Positions 9,408 to 19,283 are shown, counted from the first letter of the stretch. The stretch: 64,000 nucleotides of DNA from Candidatus Woesearchaeota archaeon (GCA_043803105.1 JAZDKJ010000002.1:32001-96000), one strand, 5' to 3'. Translations and numbers: made by a program. The notes: generated by a model from the letters alone, not told the origin.

Positions 9408-10277
9408 ATGAGCTTTTTGGAAAAATGGTTAAATTCTGTCAGGTCAAAGGATTCTGTCCTGTGCGCAGGCATTGACCCTGCGGATTTTGAGATAGGAAGA
9501 AAGGATGAGAGTCTTCCTGCTGATGTGCTCAAAAGCGATTGGGCAAAGATGTACATAGAGGCTGTGGCACCTTTTGCCGCGGCAGTAAAGCCGAATTTCC
9601 ATTACTGGAAGGGAAAGCCCGATGCCGAGACTTTGGATGCTATTTTTCATTTAGCTGGTGCACTAGGTCTCCCGCACATTGAAGACTCCAAGTTTGCCGA
9701 TATCGGCTCTACCAATGATGCCGGCATGTTCTATGCCTCAAAAAGGTCGGATGCTGTGACTATTGCCCCATACGCCGGCAATATGGACGAGATAGCAAAG
9801 CAGGCCAAGGCAAGGAATCTGGGAGTTTTTACGATGTGCCTGATGACAAATCCCCAGTATGCACGGGAGAAGAACATGCTTGTTCCGGTTTCTGATGAAG
9901 AGACCTACCACAGGCCTGACCTCTCGCTCGTTGAGGGCAAGCTCTTTGTCAAAAGGTATATACAGCTTGCCCACGATGCAAGTAAGTTTGGTCTGACTGG
10001 TGTGGTAGTAGGTGCCCCAAGTGCTGACAACCACATAAGCGAACAGGAAATAGAGAAGGTCGCTCTATACATCGGCCATGACATGCTTGTCCTTATGCCT
10101 GGCATAGGAAAACAGAAGGGCTTTGCCCAGCTGCACTTCAAGTATTTCGGTAAGGATAGGGTTATAGCAAATGTTGGAAGGCAGCTAATGTTTCCAAACG
10201 GTGCGCAATCAAGTCCGCATGAGCAGTATGAGGCAGCTAAGCGTTTCGCGAGTGAGTTTAATGAGATGAGAATTTAG
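9408..10277 (+). CDS. pyrF: orotidine-5'-phosphate decarboxylase
   Basis: LCAGIDP, DSKFADIGST (DxKxxDI), PGIG; GGAGG RBS before ATG 9408. Confidence 0.9.
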   Translation: MSFLEKWLNSVRSKDSVLCAGIDPADFEIGRKDESLPADVLKSDWAKMYIEAVAPFAAAVKPNFHYWKGKPDAETLDAIFHLAGALGLPHIEDSKFADIGSTNDAGMFYASKRSDAVTIAPYAGNMDEIAKQAKARNLGVFTMCLMTNPQYAREKNMLVPVSDEETYHRPDLSLVEGKLFVKRYIQLAHDASKFGLTGVVVGAPSADNHISEQEIEKVALYIGHDMLVLMPGIGKQKGFAQLHFKYFGKDRVIANVGRQLMFPNGAQSSPHEQYEAAKRFASEFNEMRI

Positions 10278-10284
10278 TTGATTT

Positions 10285-10887
10285 TTATTTTTTTCTTTCT
10301 TTTATTAATTTCATTGTAACCAACGCCAGCACTGCCGCTGCAAAGCACGACGCCACTATGATTGCGAATGAGTCAAGGAAGAAGCTTATTGGGAAGAGCT
10401 TAGGCAGTATTTCTCCTTCTCCGAATATGTAGCTCCCTGGCTTGAAGAACAGCCTATGGAATGCATCGAATGTGCTGCTAAAGAAAACGTTGCCAATAAG
10501 GAATAGCACGCATGTCACGATTATTGCGATCGCAGAATACCTTATCGCCTTGCCTGCAAGTTTTTTTGATTTTGCGTATATGCCTGCTAGAGAGACTGCT
10601 GCTATAGTAAAAGCCTGAATCCATGCCCACCTCAGGTCCAGAACAAATTCCTTTACGTCAGCCATATGTGATTTTTCTTTCTCCGTGAATGCTGTCGAGT
10701 TGAGCTGAGCCCTATCGTTGAGAAAATCTATCGCATTTAATCCAAGGCTTGTGTTTATTACTCCAGCCCTTTCCGCCCCGTATTGATAATAAACGTTGCT
10801 TATCATCGGCAGGGCTGCTGACAGTAAGCTAAGTGCCAAGATGCTGGTAACAAATATTATCAAGAGAATTGCTGATAAAAACTTCAC
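10285..10887 (-). CDS. DUF1461 / Lit-like integral membrane protein
   Basis: E-x-x-HMADVK and FDAFHRLFF motifs, LFPISFF, about 4 TM helices. Confidence 0.75.
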   Translation of the reverse strand: MKFLSAILLIIFVTSILALSLLSAALPMISNVYYQYGAERAGVINTSLGLNAIDFLNDRAQLNSTAFTEKEKSHMADVKEFVLDLRWAWIQAFTIAAVSLAGIYAKSKKLAGKAIRYSAIAIIVTCVLFLIGNVFFSSTFDAFHRLFFKPGSYIFGEGEILPKLFPISFFLDSFAIIVASCFAAAVLALVTMKLIKERKK

Positions 10888-12944
10888 CGTATTACAGCCC
10901 CATCATGCGCTGCAATTACAACCTCTTCCTCTCCTGCCTTGAGCTCTTTCCCATTGAAAGTTGGCCTCTGGTTTTTGGCTGTCAGTTTGAGCTTTGAAAA
11001 CTCTTCTATGCTGATTTGCTCCCTTCCTATGTCAAATCCTTCTGGTGCAACTTGTTCTCCAGGCTTGCTTTTTTCTGCTAAAAGTAGTTCAACCATTTCC
11101 CCTTCTTGAGCAGCCAAAAGCATTCCGTTGCTCTCAAACCCGCGAAGCTTTGTAGGCTTGAGGTTTGTCACAACAACGATGTGTTTTCCCAATAGCTCTT
11201 CATCGCTGTAGTGCTTTCTTATGCCCGCAACTATCTGCCTTTTTTCCTTGCCTAAATCAATCTGCATCACAACAAGCTTTTCAGCCTCAGGATGGCCTTG
11301 GGCACTTGTTATCTCTGCTACCTTTAGGTCAAGCGGGAATACTTCTTTCTTTGCCTCTTTCTCTATCTTCTGTATCAATGGTTCTCCCTGCTTTATCCTG
11401 AATATCTGTTTCTTGAATCCGAGGTCACCGTATCCAACGTTAAGCCCCAGCTGGTGTTCAAGGTGGTTTGAGAAGATTGGGAGTATTGGCCTTGCCAGTA
11501 TCGAAAGGTTCTTTGCTATGGTCAGGCAAAGCCCTATGACCTGCTCTGCCCTTGCCTTGTCAGTTTTTATCAATTTCCAAGGTTCATTGTCCTGGAAGTA
11601 TTTGTTTCCTATCGAGCTGATTGCCATTATCTCTCTGGCTGCAGTCTTTAAGTCAAGTGCCTCGTACGCATGCCCAACTGCCTTGATTTTCTGGTTTAGC
11701 TCATCCACTAATTTCTTCTCTTCATTGTTTGCACCTATTATCGAGTCAAAGTTCTTGTTTGCAAAGCTTATTGTCCTGTAGCAGAAGTTTCCAAGGTTTG
11801 CCACAAGCTCGTTGTTTACTCTATCGACAAGGTCGCTTATGTTCAAGTCCACATCATCTATCTTCCTTGAGAGTAGCGTGGCATAATAGTACCTTAGGTA
11901 TTCTGGCTTGTACTTGTCTGCAAACTCTTGTGCAGTAAGGAATGTGCCCCTGCTCTTGCTCATCTTTTCGCCGTTTACTGTCAGGTAGCCGTGCACTATT
12001 ATGTCGTTTGGCAGGTTGAATCCTGATTCCATCAGCATCGCAGGCCAAAAGAGCAAATGGAAGTACACTATGTCTTTTCCTATGAAGTGTATTATCTTGC
12101 TGTTCGGGTTGTTCCAGTAGTCCTCCACTTTTTTCCCGCGCTCCTTGCAATAGTGCTCTGTGCTCGCTATGTAGCCTATTGGTGCGTCGAGCCAGACATA
12201 ATAATACTTGTCAGTTTCTCCAGGTATCTTAAATCCGAAATATGGGCCATCCCTTGATATGTCCCAGTCCTCAAGGCCGTCAGATATCCATTTGCGCACA
12301 TAATTCTTGACCTCTTCCTGCAGGTTCTTGTTCTCCTCAATCCATTTGCTGATTTTCTTTTCGCATTTGCTTAGCTGGAAGAAGTAGTGTTCAGATTTTT
12401 TCTTTACAGGCGTTGTTCCGCAGACTGCGCATTTTGGATTGATTAGCTCAGTTGTTTTGAGCACGCTCCCGCATTTCTCGCACACATCGCCATATTGCTC
12501 TTCTGCCCCGCACTTAGGGCACTTTCCTTTTATGAACCTGTCTGGCAGGAACCTTTTGCATTTTGGGCAGTACATCTGATCAATTGTTTTCTTGATTATC
12601 AGCCCCTTTTCTTTTAGCTTGGAGAATATAAGGTCTGAGTACATCTTGTTTTCAGGGCTGTCTGTGGTGTAATAGCTGTCAAAGTCTATCAGGTATCTTT
12701 TGAAGTCGCGTACATGCTCTTCAAATGATTTGTCTATCAATTCCTTCGGGGTTATTCCAAGCTTTTCTGCATTGACCTGTATTGGGGTTCCGTGAGCGTC
12801 GTCTGCGCAGCAGTAGATGACATCCTCTCCCTTGAGTTTTAAGAATCTTACAAATATGTCTGTCTCGATGTACTCCAATAAGTGCCCTACGTGTATGCTT
12901 CCGTTTGCATATGGTAGCGCTGATGTTACGAGTATTTTTGTCAT
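10884..12944 (-). CDS. metG: methionyl-tRNA synthetase with C-terminal tRNA-binding domain
   Basis: PYANGSIHVGH, Zn knuckles, KMSKS, C-terminal OB (SNGMLLAA). Confidence 0.98.
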   Translation of the reverse strand: MTKILVTSALPYANGSIHVGHLLEYIETDIFVRFLKLKGEDVIYCCADDAHGTPIQVNAEKLGITPKELIDKSFEEHVRDFKRYLIDFDSYYTTDSPENKMYSDLIFSKLKEKGLIIKKTIDQMYCPKCKRFLPDRFIKGKCPKCGAEEQYGDVCEKCGSVLKTTELINPKCAVCGTTPVKKKSEHYFFQLSKCEKKISKWIEENKNLQEEVKNYVRKWISDGLEDWDISRDGPYFGFKIPGETDKYYYVWLDAPIGYIASTEHYCKERGKKVEDYWNNPNSKIIHFIGKDIVYFHLLFWPAMLMESGFNLPNDIIVHGYLTVNGEKMSKSRGTFLTAQEFADKYKPEYLRYYYATLLSRKIDDVDLNISDLVDRVNNELVANLGNFCYRTISFANKNFDSIIGANNEEKKLVDELNQKIKAVGHAYEALDLKTAAREIMAISSIGNKYFQDNEPWKLIKTDKARAEQVIGLCLTIAKNLSILARPILPIFSNHLEHQLGLNVGYGDLGFKKQIFRIKQGEPLIQKIEKEAKKEVFPLDLKVAEITSAQGHPEAEKLVVMQIDLGKEKRQIVAGIRKHYSDEELLGKHIVVVTNLKPTKLRGFESNGMLLAAQEGEMVELLLAEKSKPGEQVAPEGFDIGREQISIEEFSKLKLTAKNQRPTFNGKELKAGEEEVVIAAHDGAVIR

Positions 12945-13112
12945 GTATACTGTTATCGCCGCTATCTATTTAAATATTTGGGCTTTTGCCTTGGCCATGC
13001 ACATCAACAAGGAATGTTGTCCATTAGATATTGTCGTTTTCTGTCCTTTACAGAAATAACTCAGTTTTCAGAGGTCAAGGTTTATATATGGATTCATCTT
13101 CAAGGATTCAAA

Positions 13113-13343
13113 ATGGAAAAAATGGATTTTACCGCCATCATTCGCAAAGGAGAAAAACAGTATGTTGCTCTTTGTCCTGAGGTTGATGTTGTCAGCCAAG
13201 GCAATTTTGTAGGAGAGGCTCTGAGAAATCTAAAGGAAGCTGTGGAATTGTACATAGAAGAGATGGGCTGGCCAGAGGAATTCAATGGAAAAGCGGCAAT
13301 AATCAAGCAGTTCAAGATAACAGAGAATGCAAAAGCTTCCTAG
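13113..13343 (+). CDS. hicB: HicB-family antitoxin (UPF0150-like)
   Basis: YVALCPEVDVVSQG...EALRNLKEAVELY. Confidence 0.85.
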   Translation: MEKMDFTAIIRKGEKQYVALCPEVDVVSQGNFVGEALRNLKEAVELYIEEMGWPEEFNGKAAIIKQFKITENAKAS

Positions 13344-13569
13344 GCTTTCTGGAAAAGAAGTTGTTAGAATTCTTTCAAGAACAGGTTTTGTATTCACAAG
13401 ACAAAAAGGAAGCCACATCATTCTAGTAAAGCAAACAGCTGATGGCAAAAAGGCTGTTGTGGTTCCAAATCATGCTGAAATTGACAGAGGCACTTTGCTT
13501 GAAATCATAAGGCAGGCGGGTGAAAAAGGACGGCTTTTTGAGATTAATTTGATTACAAGAACTGGCTAA
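13327..13569 (+). CDS. hicA: HicA-family toxin, probably frameshifted near the C-terminus
   Basis: LSGKEVVRIL..GF...RQKGSH..VVVPNH..IDRGTL..IIRQAG. Confidence 0.85.
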   Translation: MQKLPRLSGKEVVRILSRTGFVFTRQKGSHIILVKQTADGKKAVVVPNHAEIDRGTLLEIIRQAGEKGRLFEINLITRTG

Positions 13570-14827
13570 GCCCTGTCTGCACCTTTCTTTTCTTTGTCTG
13601 TTGCCATTCCTGCTCAACCTTTGGCTCTGGCTTGGTTTGGTCAAGCACAAGCTCACCATACATACCATCATATCCAGGCTTCACAAATATTTTGCCTTCC
13701 CTGTTCTGTAAAATAAGTTCTGCCATCTGGCCGTCTGTGCGCTTCAGCAATTCATCATTATCCATGTTAAGCATTACCTCAAATTCGCTTGTTTCTTTTG
13801 TAATCTTATTGTATTCTGCCCACACTTGTCTTGATGCCACTGCAGAATTGAGTTTGGCAGCAATGAGCTCAGATAAAGGTACCAAGGTGTAGAATGGCTT
13901 TGCGTTCTTTGATTTGTATCCTTCTCCTCTGTCTGCCAGTTCCTCAACTCTGTTCAACACCCCTATGGTGAGCTCCCTTTTGCACACAGGGCACATCTTG
14001 TTGTTCTTCATTGACTCTTGCGGACTAAGCATAATATTGCAAGCGCGATGGCCGTCAAAATGATATTTTCCATAGCCAGGGTCTACTTCAATCGTCCCAT
14101 CAATGTTCTCCCCTGTTTTTATTGCATCAAGAAGCGCTTTGTAAGTGGGCTTAATGTCAAAAATTGTGGCTTCCCTTCCAATCCTCCACGGCCAGAAGCT
14201 GTGAAGGTCTGAAAAAGACAGTATCTGTATGTTGTCCAGCTGCGACAATCTCCAGTTCATTGCAGGGTCGCTTGATAATCCTGTCTCTATCGCGTGTATC
14301 CTGTCTGCCTTGTCAAGGAAGCAATCCTTTATCGAGTCAAACCCTGATTTTGACCCGAACATCGCAAACCATGGCGTCCATATGTGTGCTGGTATGACTT
14401 CAATCTCCTTGCTTATTGATTGCAGCGACTCTACAAACTCTGGGCACGGAATCTTGAATATAGGCCTTCCATCATAGTCAACCCTGCCCTTTGTCAGGAA
14501 ATAATCAGTTATCTGCTTTACAACCTCCAGGTTTGGCGCAAGCACCAGGTTGTGTACCCTCCTTCCCTTTCCGCCTTGCGTGTATGCAAGGCTTATCTCT
14601 GTCTGCAATACAAAATTAAAGCCTGATTTAGTCTTCAGTATGCCTGTCTCATCTTCAGTCAATTCCTTCCTGATTTCCTCTATCCATTTTGGGTGCGTGA
14701 AATCCCCTGTGCCTAGAAGTGATATTCCCTTGATTCTCGCATATTTCTCAAGATTTGGTATGTCAATGCTTTTTGATGTTGCCTGAGAATATTTGCCGTG
14801 TATGTGCAGGTCTGCAATTATTTTCAT
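13553..14827 (-). CDS. endoQ: endonuclease Q family (PHP domain)
   Basis: ADLHIH, PAHIWTPW, SDLHS, GKYHFDGHRAC, CPVC, PGYDG. Confidence 0.9.
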   Translation of the reverse strand: MKIIADLHIHGKYSQATSKSIDIPNLEKYARIKGISLLGTGDFTHPKWIEEIRKELTEDETGILKTKSGFNFVLQTEISLAYTQGGKGRRVHNLVLAPNLEVVKQITDYFLTKGRVDYDGRPIFKIPCPEFVESLQSISKEIEVIPAHIWTPWFAMFGSKSGFDSIKDCFLDKADRIHAIETGLSSDPAMNWRLSQLDNIQILSFSDLHSFWPWRIGREATIFDIKPTYKALLDAIKTGENIDGTIEVDPGYGKYHFDGHRACNIMLSPQESMKNNKMCPVCKRELTIGVLNRVEELADRGEGYKSKNAKPFYTLVPLSELIAAKLNSAVASRQVWAEYNKITKETSEFEVMLNMDNDELLKRTDGQMAELILQNREGKIFVKPGYDGMYGELVLDQTKPEPKVEQEWQQTKKRKVQTGLSQFL

Positions 14828-15021
14828 GCCACTCTGTTTTGAGGCCTTTTATAAAAAAGTTGTGATTGTTGACCGATTTACGCGTCATCCCTGAAGGTTA
14901 TTAGCTTGATTGATTGCAATGGCAGTTCCTTCATACATAAGCCTTTGCACATTGCAAGCCACATGGTCTGTTATGTCAACCCAGAATATCAACCTTTGTG
15001 GTGAATTGCATGCCCACAGAA

Positions 15022-15342
15022 TTAGCTATGTTTTTTGGCTTGGCTTATTTGCACTACCTTGTGATTTCTTTCGTATTCTTGCTTAAATCGGTTATAACCT
15101 TCAATTAAGGCCTCGAATTCTAAAGCCTCTTTTTGCACTTGGCAGAGCAGTTCCATGGGAATGCCCCCATCATGGCTGTGTTTCTTGGCTGTCTCGTGCA
15201 TTTGTTTGAGAACTGGTAACGCGTATTTTAACGCCTTATAAAGTGTTGTAGATCTGTCTTCTAGCTCCACCTTTATCTGTTCAACTTGCTTCGTTAGGCG
15301 CGAGTTCTCAGCAATTAACTCATCCAAAGTTGGCTCAGCCAT
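15022..15342 (-). CDS. hypothetical coiled-coil protein
   Basis: ATG ORF downstream of dus, heptad-like composition. Confidence 0.65.
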   Translation of the reverse strand: MAEPTLDELIAENSRLTKQVEQIKVELEDRSTTLYKALKYALPVLKQMHETAKKHSHDGGIPMELLCQVQKEALEFEALIEGYNRFKQEYERNHKVVQISQAKKHS

Positions 15343-15367
15343 AAAAAAAAGAATATCCTTGACTGTC

Positions 15368-16306
15368 TTAAACCTTTAGGTTCTCGACATATTCCAGCAA
15401 TGACTCTTTTTTCTCGATTCTGCCTATTTCATCCTTTATCTTTGCTGCTTGCTTTATACCCTTGAAAATCCACATAGCGTGCTGCCTTAGTTCGCTGAAG
15501 CTCTGCCTTTCCTGCTGCTCATAATAACCCAGGAATTCTTTGAACATCTGTTTCTTGTCGCTTAGGCTGTGGTATGGCTCTCTCCTGAGCATTATCTCGT
15601 GAAAGATTGCAGGGTTGCCCATCGCTGCCCTGCCTATCATTATTGCGTCGCAGCCGCTGAACGTCAACAACTTTTCTGCCTGGATAAAGCTTCTCACATC
15701 ACCATTTCCTATGACTGGTATGCTTACTGCCTCTTTCACCGCTTGAATGACTTTCCAGTCCGCATTGCCTTTAAACTGCTGTTTTTTTGTCCTTGCATGC
15801 ACTGTTATAGCCGCGATTCCATAGTCTTCAAGCATCTTTGCAACCTGGGGTGCGTTTACACTTTCCCATCCTGAGCGCATCTTTACTGTGACAGGCTTGC
15901 CTGTGCTGCTGATTACTGCTTTCACAACCCTCTCTATCTGCTCAGGATGCTTCATAAGAAAAACACCTGCCTTATTTGCCAATACATCAGAGTCAGGGCA
16001 TCCCATGTTTATGTCTATTATGTCTGCAAAAGGGCTTATCCTCACTGTGGCTTTGCGCATGACATCAGGCTTTGCTCCGATAAGCTGCACTGCAACCGGC
16101 CTCTCCCCCGGCAATATTTCCAGGAACTTGCTTGGCTCATTTGCAACCAGAGAGTTTGCGTCATACATCTGTGTATACACAAGACCAGCACCATGCTTTC
16201 TGCAAATCAGCCTGAATGCTGGGCAGTTAACACCAGCCATTGGTGCAAGGAATAGGTTGTTCTCTATTTGGACATTCCCGATTTTGATTGGCCTGATTAA
16301 TGGCAT
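15368..16306 (-). CDS. dusB: tRNA-dihydrouridine synthase
   Basis: LAPMAGV, DINMGCP, VHART, GNGDV, MIGRAAMGNP; start moved to ATG 16306. Confidence 0.93.
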   Translation of the reverse strand: MPLIRPIKIGNVQIENNLFLAPMAGVNCPAFRLICRKHGAGLVYTQMYDANSLVANEPSKFLEILPGERPVAVQLIGAKPDVMRKATVRISPFADIIDINMGCPDSDVLANKAGVFLMKHPEQIERVVKAVISSTGKPVTVKMRSGWESVNAPQVAKMLEDYGIAAITVHARTKKQQFKGNADWKVIQAVKEAVSIPVIGNGDVRSFIQAEKLLTFSGCDAIMIGRAAMGNPAIFHEIMLRREPYHSLSDKKQMFKEFLGYYEQQERQSFSELRQHAMWIFKGIKQAAKIKDEIGRIEKKESLLEYVENLKV

Positions 16307-16397
16307 ATGTTGTTCAACTTCAGGGAGAGTATTTAATCCTTTTTGTGCATCTGAAAATTTCATAACCTTTAAAAGCAACCGCTTTCCATGATTCTGT

Positions 16398-17273
16398 ATG
16401 GACAAAAATTACAGGGGTGTCGTTAGGGTTTTGTGGATTACTTTCTTCCTCAACATTGTTGTCGTCGTGTTCAAGATCGTCTTTGGGCTCATGATCAACA
16501 GCCTTTCTATGGTCGCTGACGGCCTTCATTCTGTCATGGACAGCGCTTCAAACATTATCTGTCTTATTGGCTTGAGGATCGCATCAAAGCCTGCTGACAA
16601 AGACCATCCCTATGGCCACAGGAAGTTTGAGACCCTGACAACCATAATGATTGCTGTCTTTCTGATGATAGCTTCTTTCGAGCTTCTAAAAAGTTCTATC
16701 AGCCGCTTCGTTTCAGGCAGTGCGCCAAACATCACCATCGCTTCTTTTGTTGTGCTTGCAGGAACACTTGTCATCAACTTTTTCGTAGCCACTTATGAGC
16801 GCAAGAAGGCCTCTTATTTCCAGAGCGTCCTCCTGAAGGCTGATTCCGCCCACACCTTCAGCGATATCTGGGTCACGATTTCAGTCCTTTTCGGTTTTAT
16901 CTTCATAAAGATGGGTTTTCCCATTGCAGACTCAGTGATTGCCCTGGTCATTGCTGTTGTGATAGCCTTTAGCGGCTTCAAGATTATCAGGTCCACCACA
17001 GCTGTCTTGAGTGATGCCAAGGCGCTTGATGAGCAGGATATTGCAGCCATTGTGAACAGGACTGATGGCATCACAGGGTTTCACAAGATACGCACGCGCA
17101 GCCTCGGAAACGAGACCTTGCTTGACCTACACATAATGGTAAGAGGAAACACGACTGTGAGAAAAGGCCACAGTATTGCAAAAGTGCTTGAGTCAGCCCT
17201 TAAGCAGAAATTTCCGCATGTGAAGGACATCACCATTCACGTTGACCCTCACCATAAGGTGATTAATCCTTAG
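16398..17273 (+). CDS. cation diffusion facilitator (FieF-like)
   Basis: ADGLHSVMD, HPYGHRKFE, HTFSD, C-terminal IHVDP. Confidence 0.93.
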   Translation: MDKNYRGVVRVLWITFFLNIVVVVFKIVFGLMINSLSMVADGLHSVMDSASNIICLIGLRIASKPADKDHPYGHRKFETLTTIMIAVFLMIASFELLKSSISRFVSGSAPNITIASFVVLAGTLVINFFVATYERKKASYFQSVLLKADSAHTFSDIWVTISVLFGFIFIKMGFPIADSVIALVIAVVIAFSGFKIIRSTTAVLSDAKALDEQDIAAIVNRTDGITGFHKIRTRSLGNETLLDLHIMVRGNTTVRKGHSIAKVLESALKQKFPHVKDITIHVDPHHKVINP

Positions 17274-17985
17274 GCCTGCCTGAATTCCTCCACATAAAAT
17301 CAAAATAGCTCTTGTATGCCTTGGCAGCCGCAGCATTCTCTATGATTATTCCCTCAGGCTCGTCTGTCCAGATTATTATCGCTATCTTGTTTCCATAGAT
17401 ATTCGTGACAGCAGGGCTTTCTGATATGTTATCCAGCACCCGGTACTCGCTCGTACCCTTGTCAATCTCCTCTCTTCCCTTTCGTAATATCAGCTTTGTC
17501 TTTATCCTGCTTTCCTTTTTCAGTCTGTCAAATTGCATTGCAAACTCAGGTATTCTCGTTGAAAATTGACCTTCAGACCCGAAAACATAGTTGTTCTTTC
17601 CAGTGCGTATGATGTCCAGGAAAATGCTTTTCACTCCCTTGATTCCCTTGAACAGCCTGACCTGCCCCTCAATCCTGGCTCTCTTGTGCCTCTCTTCCAG
17701 TTCAGGGAGTATGGTCTGCACTTCCTCTTCCTGTTCTCGAAGGTATTCGACTATCCTTTTCGGATGCGTTGCCTGGAACCATTTTATTTTCCCTATGAGC
17801 ACATAGCTCACAAGCCCTTTGTCTATCAGGAATGTTAGCGCGTTATAGCAGCTGCTCCTGTCAATCTTCGCTAGCCTTGCTATCTTGCCAGCCTTTGTGC
17901 TGCCATTATCGTTCAGAGTCAAGTATACCTTAATCTCATTCTGCGAGAACCCCATCTTTTCCAAAACCTTCTGTATCTCCATCAT
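17263..17985 (-). CDS. TrmB-family transcriptional regulator
   Basis: GFSQNEIKVY HTH, LFKG, NIYGNKIAII. Confidence 0.9.
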   Translation of the reverse strand: MMEIQKVLEKMGFSQNEIKVYLTLNDNGSTKAGKIARLAKIDRSSCYNALTFLIDKGLVSYVLIGKIKWFQATHPKRIVEYLREQEEEVQTILPELEERHKRARIEGQVRLFKGIKGVKSIFLDIIRTGKNNYVFGSEGQFSTRIPEFAMQFDRLKKESRIKTKLILRKGREEIDKGTSEYRVLDNISESPAVTNIYGNKIAIIIWTDEPEGIIIENAAAAKAYKSYFDFMWRNSGRPKD

Positions 17986-18024
17986 ACGAAGGGAAATTGC
18001 TCATTGTTGATAAATCCTCCTATT

Positions 18025-18046
18025 TGTTGAAGAAATTTCTACAACA
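18025..18046. promoter_or_regulatory. palindromic operator 1
   Basis: TGTTGAAGAAATTTCTACAACA near-perfect palindrome between trmB and ATPase gene, next to TATA-like TTTTATTA. Confidence 0.7.
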
Positions 18047-18101
18047 AATTTTTATTACGACCCTGCGATTATCATGGATTTAGAATCTTCGAGGAGGAAA
18101 A

Positions 18102-18632
18102 ATGACCCAAAAATTTATCCTGATGGGAGGCCCAGGCTCTGGAAAAAGCTCTATAATCATGGGCTTGGAGCAGCAGGGTGAGTATGTGATAAGAGAGGCT
18201 GCGGAGGATGTTATTAGGTACCATCAGGCGCTTGGCAAGACAGAACCTTGGAAACATCCTGATTTCCAGGATTGGATTTTGGCCCTCCAGTTGCAAAGGG
18301 AAAAAAACATTCCGACTGGTATTGAAAGGGTCTTCATCGACAGTGGAGTACACACTGGCCTTGCTTATTATGAGCTGCAGGAAAGGGTGCCAAGTAGTAA
18401 AATACAAGAGGCTGTGGCACAGGCTCAATATGAAAACCCAGTCTTCCTGGTAAAGTCCCTCGGGCAATGCGTTACAAACGCAGTAAGAAGAGAGGATCTT
18501 GCAGAGGCTCTTAGGATTGAAGAGCTGCACAAAATCAACTACCTCAGCTTTGGTTATAGCCTTGTTGAGATTAAGCCAAATCCGCTCAAGACAAGAATCA
18601 GAGATGTTCTCAACAAAGCATTGCTGTTGTAG
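18102..18632 (+). CDS. AAA_28 (NadR/Ttd14-like) P-loop NTPase/kinase
   Basis: KFILMGGPGSGKSS Walker A, REAA, FIDSG, Y..VF; GAGGAGG RBS. Confidence 0.85.
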   Translation: MTQKFILMGGPGSGKSSIIMGLEQQGEYVIREAAEDVIRYHQALGKTEPWKHPDFQDWILALQLQREKNIPTGIERVFIDSGVHTGLAYYELQERVPSSKIQEAVAQAQYENPVFLVKSLGQCVTNAVRREDLAEALRIEELHKINYLSFGYSLVEIKPNPLKTRIRDVLNKALLL

Positions 18633-18646
18633 AATATTCTACAACA
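18625..18646. promoter_or_regulatory. palindromic operator 2
   Basis: Perfect palindrome TGTTGTAGAATATTCTACAACA just before TTTAATAT. Confidence 0.7.
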
Positions 18647-18684
18647 ATGTTTAATATAGTTCTCAACAAGACACTGCTTTTTTA

Positions 18685-19248
18685 ATGGCTGTAAAAAAGG
18701 TCGTGATAACCTCTGGCAGTGAGTCAGACTCTGACCAGATTTTCTGCAGGCTTGACAAAATGCATTATTTTCTTTTGAGGTATGTTTCGAGCTACGCATT
18801 GAGCGGCATTCCATTTGAAGGCAGCATTATGCAGCATACCAACAGGAACGAGCTTCAGCTTAAGATTATTCAGACTCAGCTTAAGTGGGAGCGGTCTATT
18901 CCCGAGCAGGTCCGGGTTGCGTTCTTGGATTCAGGAAGTTATGACCCGCTTGCTTATTATATTCTAAAGGGTGTGCCCCTGCCAAGTGCGCTCATGAGCG
19001 CTGCTGAAAAGAATCATTATGACCATGTCTTTGTTCTTACCCCTCTAACAAGTACAAACGGCCTTACTGATATCTCTAAGGCCCTCTTTGATGTGTACAG
19101 ATGTTATGGCCACGAGCCTATTGCCATTTCAGCACCGTCAATCGACGCACGGCTTAGAACAATTCTGGACTTGGCTGACCCGAATAGGGAGATGCTCACT
19201 ACCTACCGAAAGGAAGTGGTGAAGGAGCAGATTGCAAACGGAAAATAG
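18685..19248 (+). CDS. AAA_28-like paralogue with degenerate P-loop
   Basis: Shares FLDSG..LAYY, YDHVFVL, ARL..IL with upstream gene; Walker A replaced by TSGSESDSD. Confidence 0.7.
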   Translation: MAVKKVVITSGSESDSDQIFCRLDKMHYFLLRYVSSYALSGIPFEGSIMQHTNRNELQLKIIQTQLKWERSIPEQVRVAFLDSGSYDPLAYYILKGVPLPSALMSAAEKNHYDHVFVLTPLTSTNGLTDISKALFDVYRCYGHEPIAISAPSIDARLRTILDLADPNREMLTTYRKEVVKEQIANGK

Positions 19249-19283
19249 CAAGCCTTATTAATAACCTCAAAAAGCTTGAAGAC

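Noticed and set aside
14830-15020. Short ORFs in the gap upstream of endoQ
   Set aside because: Under 30 aa, with no RBS or motif
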